The translations under genes and the position numbers were made by a program. From an uncultured Piscirickettsiaceae bacterium (GTDB taxonomy: Bacteria > Pseudomonadota > Gammaproteobacteria > GCF-002020875): 52,035 nucleotides of DNA. The stretch is from positions 1-52,035 of the forward strand of contig CAYQFH010000002.1 of NCBI GenBank assembly GCA_964416755.1, given 5' to 3'. The notes beneath the pieces were generated by a model. It searched no databases, was not told where the DNA came from, and was given only the letters and a program-made list of their open reading frames with translations. Each line of letters starts with the position of its first letter. The stretch's first letter is position 1. Of the stretch, positions 15,201-24,211 are shown in pieces.

Positions 15201-16517
15201 TGCACGATACAGCTGGCCGGAAAAACTCTGCTTGCACTCGTCAATGATATTCTTGACATCTCCAAGATCGAGGCGGGCAAATTTGAACTGGATCACGCTC
15301 CCTTCTCTCTGGAAACTCTGCTCCATGAGATGGACATGATGTTCTCTCCCAAAGCAACTCTCAATCAGATCGATTTCAAGATTGAGCAGAGCGGGCCACT
15401 CCCCTCCACCCAACTCGCCGGTGACGAGCGTCGTATCATACAGATATTGATCAACCTGATTGGCAACGCCATCAAGTTCACCAACGACGGATCGGTCTCG
15501 CTGACGCTCTCTCAAGAAAGAGATTCAATTACAGAAGATCCGCAGAGAGGGCTTTTCCACTTTGCCGTCAAGGATTCAGGCATCGGCATTGCCGCCGACG
15601 TGATGGATCGCCTGTTCCGCCCATTTGAACAGGCAGACGGCACCATCTCCCGAACTTTTGGGGGAACCGGATTAGGGCTCTATATCTCCAGAGTCCTGGC
15701 CCACATGATGGAAGGTGAGATTCAACTCCAGAGCATTGAAGGAGAAGGGTCTACCTTCACGCTCTCCATTCCGCTGGAGATCACCGACCTGCCACTCCCC
15801 GACTCTGCCACTCACACCATCCAGAAAACCGAGCGTGGCAATATTCGACTGAAAGGGAAGGTACTGATCGTCGAAGATACAGCAGAACTGCAACAGCTGG
15901 AGAAACGGCTGGTGGAGGCGACCGGTGCAACCGTTGAGTTGGCCAGTGACGGAGAAGAGGCACTTGCAATGGGGCTCGGTGGCTCTTACGACCTGATTCT
16001 AATGGATATGCAGATGCCGAAAATGGACGGTATTACTGCCACCCAGCTACTGCGAAACTCCAGTGTCACCACCCCAATCGTTGCCCTTACCGCCAACGTC
16101 ATGCAGAAACATCGCGATGAGTTCAACAGTGCCGGATGCAATGACTTTCTCTCCAAACCGATCGATCAGGCTGCACTGAAAAAGGTACTCTCCACCTATC
16201 TGGAAGAAGGAGAACTATCTGTCATTACTCCAGACACCAACCAGATGCCTCTCTCTGATGAGCTTACCGCTCTGTTCGTGGAACGCCTGATTGAGTCAGA
16301 ACAGCAGATCAATCAGTTTTTCGAGCAACAAGCGTGGGCTCAGCTACGCCAGGTCATTCATACGCTCAAGGGATCCGGCAGCTCTTTTGGCCACCCTGAA
16401 ATTACCGAACTCTCCCGATCTGTTGAGCAACTGCTCATCCAGGAAAATCACAGCGCTCTCGACGATGCACTCAATCAGCTCATCAAGGTGATACAGACCG
16501 CCCAATCAGCCTCCTGA
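12258..16517 (+). CDS. Multidomain hybrid sensor kinase (N-terminal sensor, TM, PAS, internal receiver-like domain, GAF-like, HisKA, HATPase, REC, HPt)
   Basis: 1419 aa. Domains in order: PAS (ITDLEGAILYVNESLIDRTGYSEAELLG), an internal REC (VLAVDDEKAIL ... YLDMLMPGGWDG ... LKKPF), the H-box FLATMSHELRTPL, HATPase (GTGLGLYIS), a REC (VLIVEDTAELQ ... LILMDMQMPKMDG) and HPt (HTLKGSGSSFG). Confidence 0.9.
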   Translation: MLLQPLALFRKLKLIHRILILQILLLVPFVQLLLHHNQSVSALQSENRLFSQGVEKVRQLSLLQEHIAQYRGLHHGEQQRSRPARSETTELLKELHQNIDSEIASLSDATLPTLNPHLIEIIQTQWQALAHSSNSHKADHFSGYTRLISQVHHLIKQVSTVSSPKLNPEHPELLKIYSLSTHTIAALKEQMGQLRGITYGALQSGQDLTSNQQFQVLLPITLSKIATYRALVRDQLVGIYQYSPELYRESFSLFSDYSIELAALFELLNWELENTSDDSSSLQLFQSPDAFFQQVSFQIELLDQLIQNLFAHIEQHLAEEQQQLILEHNRHLLLLVLILITALLSLVWVLYDNNRGNLQLRSYLQQKDPLQLNNMETGDHLSNLDHEHLQIWQAYHHLEQHLEHETARLLTLKQGVDRAAMIMITDLEGAILYVNESLIDRTGYSEAELLGSKPSILKSGETSRETYQRLWKSILAGKIWKNQLANRSRSGELYWVEETIVPLLDDNDEVQEFFAIHVEITTQMIAEQRLEGEVKELKALQSVTTEHQNQQLDSDFTVTSQMEEDNSLLPVEPQNEPIRVLAVDDEKAILDSYRVLLREDDSEAVDQLGSLLEGSSITSEYTPPFILECTTSGEIAVEKLRSAMNRGKPYQVVYLDMLMPGGWDGLKTAKEILRIDPMVRIIVISAWSDHKPAELKPVLGEHFIYLKKPFSREELIQLTHYMAEDWRRTQQLTQSKESLSQIMLDLTESNRQRQHELDSQRIYQMILVTLSTSAPLFSGDRQSGYNEITQATLEALGVDRVTLWRLEEEEGEQILIADDCYNVKEQQHHSGARQYTRDYQEFWNQIEHRQVVRIDDTAPLLESLSQPSNYFNEHDIQSLMISPIFYNNEQTGVITAEVQTESRVWKLEEATFLSYVSNLVPTIEISAARKDAETRAENANKAKDDFLATMSHELRTPLSSMIGYGDILSESPLNHDQQDLVCTIQLAGKTLLALVNDILDISKIEAGKFELDHAPFSLETLLHEMDMMFSPKATLNQIDFKIEQSGPLPSTQLAGDERRIIQILINLIGNAIKFTNDGSVSLTLSQERDSITEDPQRGLFHFAVKDSGIGIAADVMDRLFRPFEQADGTISRTFGGTGLGLYISRVLAHMMEGEIQLQSIEGEGSTFTLSIPLEITDLPLPDSATHTIQKTERGNIRLKGKVLIVEDTAELQQLEKRLVEATGATVELASDGEEALAMGLGGSYDLILMDMQMPKMDGITATQLLRNSSVTTPIVALTANVMQKHRDEFNSAGCNDFLSKPIDQAALKKVLSTYLEEGELSVITPDTNQMPLSDELTALFVERLIESEQQINQFFEQQAWAQLRQVIHTLKGSGSSFGHPEITELSRSVEQLLIQENHSALDDALNQLIKVIQTAQSAS

Positions 16518-16586
16518 ATCGCGGATAGTCGATAAAATAGACCACACACTATTGTTACCAAACGTAACACTAGATACACTCTGCCA

Positions 16587-16787
16587 ATGCGTTCAAATAA
16601 CTCTGCTCAGGGGCGCGGGATCTCTGCACTTCTGGTTACACTGCTCTCACTGCTCCTGATTGCCTCCCCACTGTTGCAATGGTGGGGCAATAGCGAGAGC
16701 CTCTGGTACACCCCCTATCTATTGTGGGGAGGTGTCATTCTGTTGATTGCCGCCTTGAATATTCACCGGAGCCAATATGACCAGTGA
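16587..16787 (+). CDS. Small two-TM protein overlapping the start of the SSS-kinase gene (cbrX-like position)
   Basis: 66 aa with an ATG start and two hydrophobic helices. Its stop at 16785-16787 overlaps the downstream ATG (16777) by 11 nt. Confidence 0.5.
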   Translation: MRSNNSAQGRGISALLVTLLSLLLIASPLLQWWGNSESLWYTPYLLWGGVILLIAALNIHRSQYDQ

Positions 16788-19704
16788 AGTGCTGCCACTG
16801 TTCATTGCCGGTATTGTCTACTTGCTGATTCTCTCGCTGATTGCACATTTTGCTGATCAAGGCCATTTTCCTGAGCGGTGGATCAACAACCCCTGGGTCT
16901 ACACACTCTCTCTGGGGGTCTATGCCACCTCCTGGAGCTTTTACGGCTCGGTCGGGTTTGCCCAATCCCATGGCTATCAGTTTATTGCGATCTATATCGG
17001 GGCAACACTCGCCTTCATGTTGAGCCCTCTGCTGCTACGCCCGATCCTGCGACTCACCCAGGAGCACCAACTCTCTTCACTCGCGGATCTGTTCGCCTTC
17101 CGCTACCGCAGTCAGCTGGCCGGTGTGCTGGTCACACTGTTCATGCTGATCGGTGCACTGCCCTACATCGCGCTGCAGATCCGCGCAATCAGCGAATCAC
17201 TCCATGTACTGACACAAGAGCTTCCCTCAGAGATGATCGCACTGGGATACTGTCTACTGATCATCTTCTTCTCCATTCTGTTCGGTGCCAAACACATCTC
17301 CAGCCGTGAAAAGCACCATGGACTGGTGGTGGCCATTGCCTTTGAGAGTCTGATCAAGCTGATCGCCATCAGCACTGTTGCACTGATTGCGCTGTTTGGG
17401 CTGTTCAGTGGCCCTGCAGGACTGAATAGCTGGTTACAGCAGCACCCTGAAGCGATTGAGGCACTCTACCAACCCATCCAGCAGGGGCCATGGGCCACCC
17501 TACTATTCCTCGCCTTTGCAGCTGCCTTTCTACTGCCACGCCAATTTCACATGATCTTCTCGGAGAACCTCAACCGCAACCATCTCAACACTGCCAGCTG
17601 GGCCTTCCCGCTCTATCTGCTGCTCTTCAACCTATCCATCCCCATCCTGCTCTGGGGAGGGCAACGGCTGGGGCTCTCCATCCCTGCCGACTACTATATT
17701 CTGGGAATTGCACTCCAGAGTGAGGTCGAATGGCTCCCTGCACTCACTTTCATTGGCGGGCTCTCTGCAGCCAGCTCGATGATTATTGTCACCACGCTGG
17801 CTCTCACCTCCATGTGCATGAACCACCTGCTGCTACCAGTCAACTATCCTGCCCCGACCGTCAACCTCTACCAGTGGCTGCTCTGGGGGCGACGCGCACT
17901 GGTGATCCTGATCATTTTTGCAGGCTACCTCTTCTATACCTTTCTGCAACACAACGAAGGGTTGGTTCAGCTGGGGCTGATCTCCTTTGTCGCAGTAACT
18001 CAGTTCATACCCGGAATTATCGGTCTACTCTATTGGCGCGAAGCAACCCGTCCGGGTCTAATCTGGGGGTTATTGAGTGGCATTCTGATCTGGTTTGTTA
18101 TCTTGATACTGCCACTGCTGGAACAGTCGAATTTGATCCATACCCAATTCTCATGGGATTCACTCTATACCAGCCACGGCATGGAATCCTGGGAGTTTGC
18201 CACACTACTCTCTCTACTTATCAACAGCAGCCTTTTTATTCTAGTCTCTCATCTGACGCGACAATCCACAGCAGAGCAGGAGAGTGCCTATGCCTGCTGC
18301 ACCGACAGCTTCTTCCCCCGCCAAGGCATTGTCACAGCGGCCTCTCCTGAAGAGTTCAGGGAAGCACTGGCCGTCAGTCTGGGGAAACAGACCGCACAAC
18401 GCGAAGTGGATCAGGCGATGCAGGAGCTCAATCTGGCTGCATCAGAGACGCGTCCCACGGAATTGCACCGACTGCGTGAACGGTTGGAACAGAATCTTTC
18501 CGGACTCATTGGCCCACAAATGTCCCATGTCATCATCAACCAGAGACTTCATCTTGACACGGAAGGCAAGACAGCACTGGCCGATTCAATCCACTATATG
18601 GAGGAGCGATTGGAGAATTCCAATACCCAATTGATGGGGTTGAATGCCGAGCTGGATGAGCTGCGACGCATGCAGCGCCAGATTCTGCAGCAACTTCCGA
18701 TCGGTGTCTGTGTGCTGGATGGCCAGAAAAATATCGCCATCTGGAACAATATGATGGCTCTGCTAAGCGGCATTCAGGGGCAGGATGCCCGTCAGCAGAA
18801 TCTCTATCACCTGCCTGAGCCATGGCGTGCTCTGATCCAGCAACTACTGCACGCCTCGAGTGATCACCTCTACCGCATCCATGCCCATATTGATGGAAGA
18901 GACTCCTGGTTCAACCTCCACCGCTCCCGTTATCAGGAGCCATACCGTAACCGTACACGTGGCGATCAGGGGATGGTCATTCTGATTGAAGATGTCTCTG
19001 CACTGAAGCAGTTGGAGTCAGAGCTGGCACACAGCGACCGTCTCGCCTCTATCGGACGTCTGGCAGCGGGTGTGGCACATGAGATTGGCAATCCGGTAAC
19101 CGGCATCTCCTGCGTTGCCCAGAATCTTCTGCATGGTGCCACTACAGAGAACCAGCGCGCCTATGAAGACATCCTGACCCAGACAGAGCGCATTAACCGT
19201 ATCTTGAAGGCGCTCACCAACTTCAGTCGCAGTGACTTCCAGATCCAGAGCCATGAGCGCTTTGATCTGCAACCTGTCATCCTCTCCTCTGTTCACCTTG
19301 CTGAGCTGACCTACAAGAAGGCTGGCATCCGATTTGAGGTTGATTGTGATCAAGCGCTACAGCTGATCGGGGATCCCCAGGCTATCACTCAAGTATTGAT
19401 CAATCTATTGAGCAACGCGGCCGATGCTTCTGCACAGGATTCAACAGTGTATATCACTGCACAACAGCAATCACAACAAATCCAGATCGAGATAACAGAT
19501 TCTGGAAGCGGGATTCCGGAACAGATTCAGGACAGACTTTTTGACCCCTTCTTCACCACAAAATCGGTTGGCGAAGGAACCGGTCTTGGACTCTCAATTG
19601 TGCACCGAATCATTGAGGAGCATGGAGGCAACATATCCATCCACTCTCTGGTCGGCCAGGGCACCACCGTTACCATCAAATTTACAACCAATACAACACC
19701 ATGA
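16777..19704 (+). CDS. CbrA-like sensor kinase: sodium/solute symporter (SLC5/SSS) domain fused to PAS-HisKA-HATPase
   Basis: 975 aa. The first ~500 aa hold about 13 TM helices with a symporter-like pattern. These are followed by a PAS-like region, the H-box AAGVAHEIGNPVTGI and the HATPase motif GEGTGLGLSIV. Confidence 0.9.
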   Translation: MTSEVLPLFIAGIVYLLILSLIAHFADQGHFPERWINNPWVYTLSLGVYATSWSFYGSVGFAQSHGYQFIAIYIGATLAFMLSPLLLRPILRLTQEHQLSSLADLFAFRYRSQLAGVLVTLFMLIGALPYIALQIRAISESLHVLTQELPSEMIALGYCLLIIFFSILFGAKHISSREKHHGLVVAIAFESLIKLIAISTVALIALFGLFSGPAGLNSWLQQHPEAIEALYQPIQQGPWATLLFLAFAAAFLLPRQFHMIFSENLNRNHLNTASWAFPLYLLLFNLSIPILLWGGQRLGLSIPADYYILGIALQSEVEWLPALTFIGGLSAASSMIIVTTLALTSMCMNHLLLPVNYPAPTVNLYQWLLWGRRALVILIIFAGYLFYTFLQHNEGLVQLGLISFVAVTQFIPGIIGLLYWREATRPGLIWGLLSGILIWFVILILPLLEQSNLIHTQFSWDSLYTSHGMESWEFATLLSLLINSSLFILVSHLTRQSTAEQESAYACCTDSFFPRQGIVTAASPEEFREALAVSLGKQTAQREVDQAMQELNLAASETRPTELHRLRERLEQNLSGLIGPQMSHVIINQRLHLDTEGKTALADSIHYMEERLENSNTQLMGLNAELDELRRMQRQILQQLPIGVCVLDGQKNIAIWNNMMALLSGIQGQDARQQNLYHLPEPWRALIQQLLHASSDHLYRIHAHIDGRDSWFNLHRSRYQEPYRNRTRGDQGMVILIEDVSALKQLESELAHSDRLASIGRLAAGVAHEIGNPVTGISCVAQNLLHGATTENQRAYEDILTQTERINRILKALTNFSRSDFQIQSHERFDLQPVILSSVHLAELTYKKAGIRFEVDCDQALQLIGDPQAITQVLINLLSNAADASAQDSTVYITAQQQSQQIQIEITDSGSGIPEQIQDRLFDPFFTTKSVGEGTGLGLSIVHRIIEEHGGNISIHSLVGQGTTVTIKFTTNTTP

Positions 19705-21002
19705 ACAAAATTCTGATTATTGAAGACGAACAGGTGATCCGCGATGCACTGATCATGCTACTGGAACGCAACAATTTTGAGGTTACCGGCGTCAACTCTG
19801 TGGAAGAGGCAGTGACCCATAATTTTCAGGAGTACCATTTGATTATCAGTGACGTTCGCCTCCCCGGTGCACCGGGGATTGAGGTCATTGAACAAGCCGC
19901 CCCTACCCCGGTCATTATCATGACCAGCTTCTCCGGAGTAGAGTCTGCTGTAGAAGCGATGCGGCTCGGTGCTGTCGACTACATCTCGAAGCCGTTCAAC
20001 CATGACGAGATGCTGATTGTAATTGAGCGTGCACTACAGTGCCGAATGGAACAGAAATCACACGATGCCATGAAGAAGGAGATCTCTGCACTCTATCCAG
20101 TCGATGAGATCGTGGGCAAGAGTGAGGGGATGGTAAAGATGTTCCGTCGCATTGATCGTGTCGCCCCAACCGACAGTACCGTACTGATTATTGGAGAGTC
20201 TGGTACCGGAAAGGAGCTGATAGCACGGGCACTTCACGCCAAGAGCCTGCGTGCCGAAGCACCGTTTGTCACTTTCAGCTGCGCCTCTGTCTCCAAGGAT
20301 ATGATGGAGTTTGAGCTGTTCGGACTCAACCGTCGAGATGGTGACAACAGTCGCTGCCTGGTCGATGAAGCGGAGGGGGGAACCCTTTTCCTGGATGAGA
20401 TCGGAGAACTCCCGCTCTCAGCACAGGGACGGCTGCTGCAACTACTCCAATCCGGAGACCATGATACCAACCATAATAACATACGAATCATCGCCTCTAC
20501 TCATCAGGACCTGCGCAAGCTGGTTCAGGAAGAGGAGTTTCGTAGCGATCTCTACTTCAGATTGCGCGTGATCGAGATTACCCCTCCGCCCCTGCGTGAG
20601 CGGGGAGATGATATTACTCTGCTTGCTCTCTATCTGTTGAAGAAGAGTTGCCAGCAACTCAACATCCAGCCACTGCAGATCAGCAAGGCCTCCTTCGAGG
20701 CAATTCGACGCTATCGCTGGCCTGGAAATGTACGTGAACTCGCCAACACCATGGAGCGGGCTGCTCTACTCTGTGAAGAGGAGAGCATTACCCCTGAGCT
20801 ACTCTCAATCGACCACAATATCGGTATGGGGCAAGCGGAGCAGGAGATCGATGACAAACTCTCTCTGGAAGAGTACTTCCGTAATTTTGTACTCCAGCAC
20901 CAGGAGCAGATGACAGAAACCGAGTTGGCAAAGCGACTGGGGATCAGCCGCAAGGCACTGTGGATGCGCAGACAACGCTTTGGTATACCACGCAAGAAAT
21001 AG
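19701..21002 (+). CDS. NtrC-family sigma-54-dependent response regulator (CbrB-like)
   Basis: REC ([11 protein letters not shown] ... [10 protein letters not shown]), AAA+ ([21 protein letters not shown]-equivalent region, ESELFG-like FELFGL) and a C-terminal HTH. An ATGA overlap links it to the kinase gene. Confidence 0.9.
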   Translation: MNKILIIEDEQVIRDALIMLLERNNFEVTGVNSVEEAVTHNFQEYHLIISDVRLPGAPGIEVIEQAAPTPVIIMTSFSGVESAVEAMRLGAVDYISKPFNHDEMLIVIERALQCRMEQKSHDAMKKEISALYPVDEIVGKSEGMVKMFRRIDRVAPTDSTVLIIGESGTGKELIARALHAKSLRAEAPFVTFSCASVSKDMMEFELFGLNRRDGDNSRCLVDEAEGGTLFLDEIGELPLSAQGRLLQLLQSGDHDTNHNNIRIIASTHQDLRKLVQEEEFRSDLYFRLRVIEITPPPLRERGDDITLLALYLLKKSCQQLNIQPLQISKASFEAIRRYRWPGNVRELANTMERAALLCEEESITPELLSIDHNIGMGQAEQEIDDKLSLEEYFRNFVLQHQEQMTETELAKRLGISRKALWMRRQRFGIPRKK

Positions 21003-21065
21003 CCACCTTGTGAAAAAAATGACAAAATACCCGCCCCGTTAATCACCCAATTTGGAACCTATGGA

Positions 21066-21497
21066 ATGGCTACTGAAAATATGATCGATCTCAACCAGCT
21101 ATTGACTCAAGCACATCAGGGAGAAATTGAAGTAGAGCAGTTCATGTCACTCTTTCTGCAAACTCAGATCTTCATGCCGGTAACCGATCCCGAAGACTCA
21201 TCCAATAGTGCCCCCATCGGCTTTCAAAAATCCGACAAGGCACAGCCCCTCACTCTGGAGACTGAAGAGGGTTTTAAAACCATGATTGTTTTCAGCGATC
21301 CTCAACAGTCAAAAAGCTTTCTCAAGAATTTTCCTGAATATAGTGGTGGGTTTGTTGCAGAAGTGCCCTGGATGCTGGAGCGTATTGGTGAGGGGATGGG
21401 GTTTTCACTCAACCCGGGACTGGAAAATGGAATCGATTTTGATCCGCAAACAGTACGTCAGCTAATTACACTACATCACCAACAGCAAAAAAAATAG
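21066..21497 (+). CDS. SseB-family-like small protein
   Basis: 143 aa. The N-terminal pattern LLTQAHQGEIEVEQFMSLFLQTQIFMPV resembles the SseB N-terminal domain. This is a weak, by-eye call. Confidence 0.45.
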   Translation: MATENMIDLNQLLTQAHQGEIEVEQFMSLFLQTQIFMPVTDPEDSSNSAPIGFQKSDKAQPLTLETEEGFKTMIVFSDPQQSKSFLKNFPEYSGGFVAEVPWMLERIGEGMGFSLNPGLENGIDFDPQTVRQLITLHHQQQKK

Positions 21498-21516
21498 AAT
21501 AGAAATTCATCCATTT

Positions 21517-21542
21517 AAAAAGGCCGCTGATGCGGCCTTTTT
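21517..21542. terminator. Bidirectional rho-independent terminator
   Basis: AAAAA-GGCCGC-(tgat)-GCGGCC-TTTTT lying between convergent genes. Confidence 0.8.
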
Positions 21543-21566
21543 ATTATCCAAACGGTGAGCAACCAA

Positions 21567-21920
21567 TTATCCCTGGTTGGCTATTTTCAGCCCTTCACGA
21601 CCACCATGTTTGGCCTCAGCCTCTGCAATCCACAGTGGCGCACGTCCACGACCCGTCCATGTCTGATCGTGATTGTCCGGATTACGATAAACCGGTGCCA
21701 CTTTCGCCCGTTTTTTGCCCACTGGACGGCCTCGCCCCTTGCCTTTGGTATTGGCTGCCAAACGCTTGATAGTTGCCGCACCATATTTCTTTGTCAGTGC
21801 TGCCAACTCTTTCTCAGCCTTGGCTGTCGCAGAATTCGCTTTTTTCCTACGTGCAATTTCAGCATTTACATCTTTCAGTAGTGCATTCAATTTTGCATCA
21901 GACATCTTATCCAGTTTCAT
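21567..21920 (-). CDS. H-NS family nucleoid-associated DNA-binding protein
   Basis: 117 aa with an N-terminal coiled coil, a basic linker, and the C-terminal H-NS signature TWTGRGRAPLWI. Confidence 0.8.
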   Translation of the reverse strand: MKLDKMSDAKLNALLKDVNAEIARRKKANSATAKAEKELAALTKKYGAATIKRLAANTKGKGRGRPVGKKRAKVAPVYRNPDNHDQTWTGRGRAPLWIAEAEAKHGGREGLKIANQG

Positions 21921-21992
21921 ATCGCCCCTCTTAAAACTTATTTGTTCTTGAAATATATCACTGAAGAGTATTTTCTCTACAGAAGTGGATTG

Positions 21993-22021
21993 ACTATATT
22001 ACATAGAAAAAAAAAATTCAA
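21993..22021 (-). promoter_or_regulatory. Candidate sigma-70 promoter of the H-NS-like gene
   Basis: Minus strand TTGAAT-(17 nt)-TATAGT in an AT-rich intergenic region containing a T10 tract. Confidence 0.3.
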
Positions 22022-22054
22022 ACAGGTTTCATTAAACAGAATAACTGAAAAGAA

Positions 22055-24211
22055 TTATTTTCTATTTGCGCGGATCACATTTTTCATTCTCAACAGGTGA
22101 TCCAGTATTCTTCCAATATCCTCACCACTATTCAACTCCACTACCACTTGAATCATAGCAATATGGCGCTTTTTATCGGTTTGAGTCTGAATCGAATCAA
22201 TATTGACCGACTTCTCACTCAACAGCAGTGTAATATCACGCAACAAACCTGCCCGGTCATACGCCTCAATCTCTATTGTCATCTGTTGACGATTTTGAAC
22301 ACCTTCTCCCCAGGAGACCTCAATGACCCGCTCTGGCTCAGTCTCAATCAGATGCAGAGCATTAGGGCATTCTTGCCGATGAATAGTGACACCACGACTT
22401 CGGGTAATGAAACCAATAATTGAATCCGGATGATGTGGCGTACAGCAGTTGGCTGGTGCAGTCATCAAGTTGCCAACACCACAAATGGTAACCTCCCCCT
22501 CCTCTGCAGCACCCTCCACCACCTCTTTACGGGAGCGACGCTTCTCTGTCTGCTGCACATTTTTGGGCATAACAATGGCTTGAATACCACCAGCAATCTG
22601 GCCCGAGGTGATGTCTCCCTGCCCCACAGCCGCATAAAGATGGTCCAGATCCAGTTGTTCATACCGTTTTACCAACAGTTCCAAATCCAGTTCAGGAGAG
22701 CCTGCCCGCACCAACTCCCTTTCAATCATGGCTCGACCAGCCGTCACATTCTCATCAAAATCCTGCCTCCTAAACCACTGCCTTACTCGATAGCGGGCAC
22801 GTGAGGTGTGCAGATAACCGAGATTGGGGTTCATCCAGTCTCGCGTCGGCCCACCCTCCTTCACTGTCAGGATCTCGATTCGTTGTCCCGACAGCAGAGG
22901 CTGGTTGAGTGGCACAATCTTGCCATCCGCCTTTGCCCCACGGGTGCGATGCCCCAATCCGGAATGGATGGTGTAGGCAAAATCAAGGGCAGTACCTCCC
23001 TCCGGCAGTTCAATCACCTCCCCTTCCGGGGTGAGCAGGTAGATGTGCTCATCAGCCATCTCATCCTTGAACTGCTCTGAGATCTCCTCCTGCTCAACCA
23101 GCTCCTCCTTCCACTCCAACAGCTGCCGTAACCACTCGATCTTGCGTTCAAAACCGGGATCGTAACGGGTTCCCTCCTTGTAGCGCCAGTGAGAAGCGAC
23201 GCCCAACTCTGCTGCCTCATGCATCTCATGAGTACGGATCTGCACCTCCAACACACGCCCTTGCGGGCCAAAAACCGCAGTGTGGATGGAACGATAGTTA
23301 TTCCCCTTGGGATTGGCGATATAATCATCAAACTCCTTGGGGATATGGTTCCAGAGCCCATGCACTACCCCCAATGCGGTATAACAGTCGGAGACACTAT
23401 CTACCAGAATACGCACCGCATTAAGATCATAGAGATCTTCCACTCCAACCTGTTTTCGGTCCATCTTTTTCCAGATACTGTAGAGATGCTTGGTTCTACC
23501 ACTCACATCACCCTTGACACCCTCCCGTTCCAACGTACTTTTAATGGCCTCGATCGATGTCTCAATATAACGCTCCCGCTCCTCTCGCTTCAGCTCGATC
23601 TGTCGGGAGAGCGCCTGGTAGGTCTCTGGATCGAGCACACGAAAAGCAATATCCTCCAACTGCCACTTGAGCACCCCCATCCCCAGTCGATTTGCCAGTG
23701 GTGCCAGAATATTACGGGTGAGCTGTGCATTGTTAAGCTGCGCTTCACGACTCAGGTCACCCGGTGTGCGCATCCGCTCCAGATGTTCTGCCAGTTTGAT
23801 CACCACCACTCGCACATCCTTGGCCATCGCCAACAACATCTTGCGCAGATTCTCATGGTGGATATCATGACTCACACCACCCGCAGCCGAGGAATCCTGT
23901 AGCGCGGTCATCTCGACACAGCCTGATACCAGCTGCATCACCTCGGCTCCCATCTGCTCACTCAAAGCCTCACTGAATGTGCTCCCTGCTCTCTGCTGAT
24001 AGCCATAGAGAATTGCCGCCACCTCCATTGCACGATCCTGCGGAGCAATCTCAGCGACGGAATGGGCGACAGTCTCCAACGTAGCGAGCAACCGTCGACT
24101 CTCCTGCGCTTCGATATGCTCATCCATATCCTGTTGCACCCACCCCCAGGCCACAGCCCGCCTGTCGACAGTCTCTACAGAATCTGCCACTTTGTCCTTC
24201 ACTTCGCTCAT
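22055..24211 (-). CDS. relA: GTP pyrophosphokinase RelA ((p)ppGpp synthetase I)
   Basis: RelA/SpoT synthetase core (YSIWKKM, NYRSIHTAV, ELGVASHWRYKEG) plus TGS and ACT regions. No HD hydrolase motif is present in the N-terminal domain. The ATG at 24211 overlaps the ygiQ stop (TGATG). Confidence 0.9.
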   Translation of the reverse strand: MSEVKDKVADSVETVDRRAVAWGWVQQDMDEHIEAQESRRLLATLETVAHSVAEIAPQDRAMEVAAILYGYQQRAGSTFSEALSEQMGAEVMQLVSGCVEMTALQDSSAAGGVSHDIHHENLRKMLLAMAKDVRVVVIKLAEHLERMRTPGDLSREAQLNNAQLTRNILAPLANRLGMGVLKWQLEDIAFRVLDPETYQALSRQIELKREERERYIETSIEAIKSTLEREGVKGDVSGRTKHLYSIWKKMDRKQVGVEDLYDLNAVRILVDSVSDCYTALGVVHGLWNHIPKEFDDYIANPKGNNYRSIHTAVFGPQGRVLEVQIRTHEMHEAAELGVASHWRYKEGTRYDPGFERKIEWLRQLLEWKEELVEQEEISEQFKDEMADEHIYLLTPEGEVIELPEGGTALDFAYTIHSGLGHRTRGAKADGKIVPLNQPLLSGQRIEILTVKEGGPTRDWMNPNLGYLHTSRARYRVRQWFRRQDFDENVTAGRAMIERELVRAGSPELDLELLVKRYEQLDLDHLYAAVGQGDITSGQIAGGIQAIVMPKNVQQTEKRRSRKEVVEGAAEEGEVTICGVGNLMTAPANCCTPHHPDSIIGFITRSRGVTIHRQECPNALHLIETEPERVIEVSWGEGVQNRQQMTIEIEAYDRAGLLRDITLLLSEKSVNIDSIQTQTDKKRHIAMIQVVVELNSGEDIGRILDHLLRMKNVIRANRK

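Noticed and set aside
21003-21065. Looked for a crcZ-like sRNA or a sigma-54 promoter downstream of the CbrB-like gene.
   Set aside because: The gap is only 63 nt and contains no TGGCAC/TTGC element and no terminator-flanked transcript.
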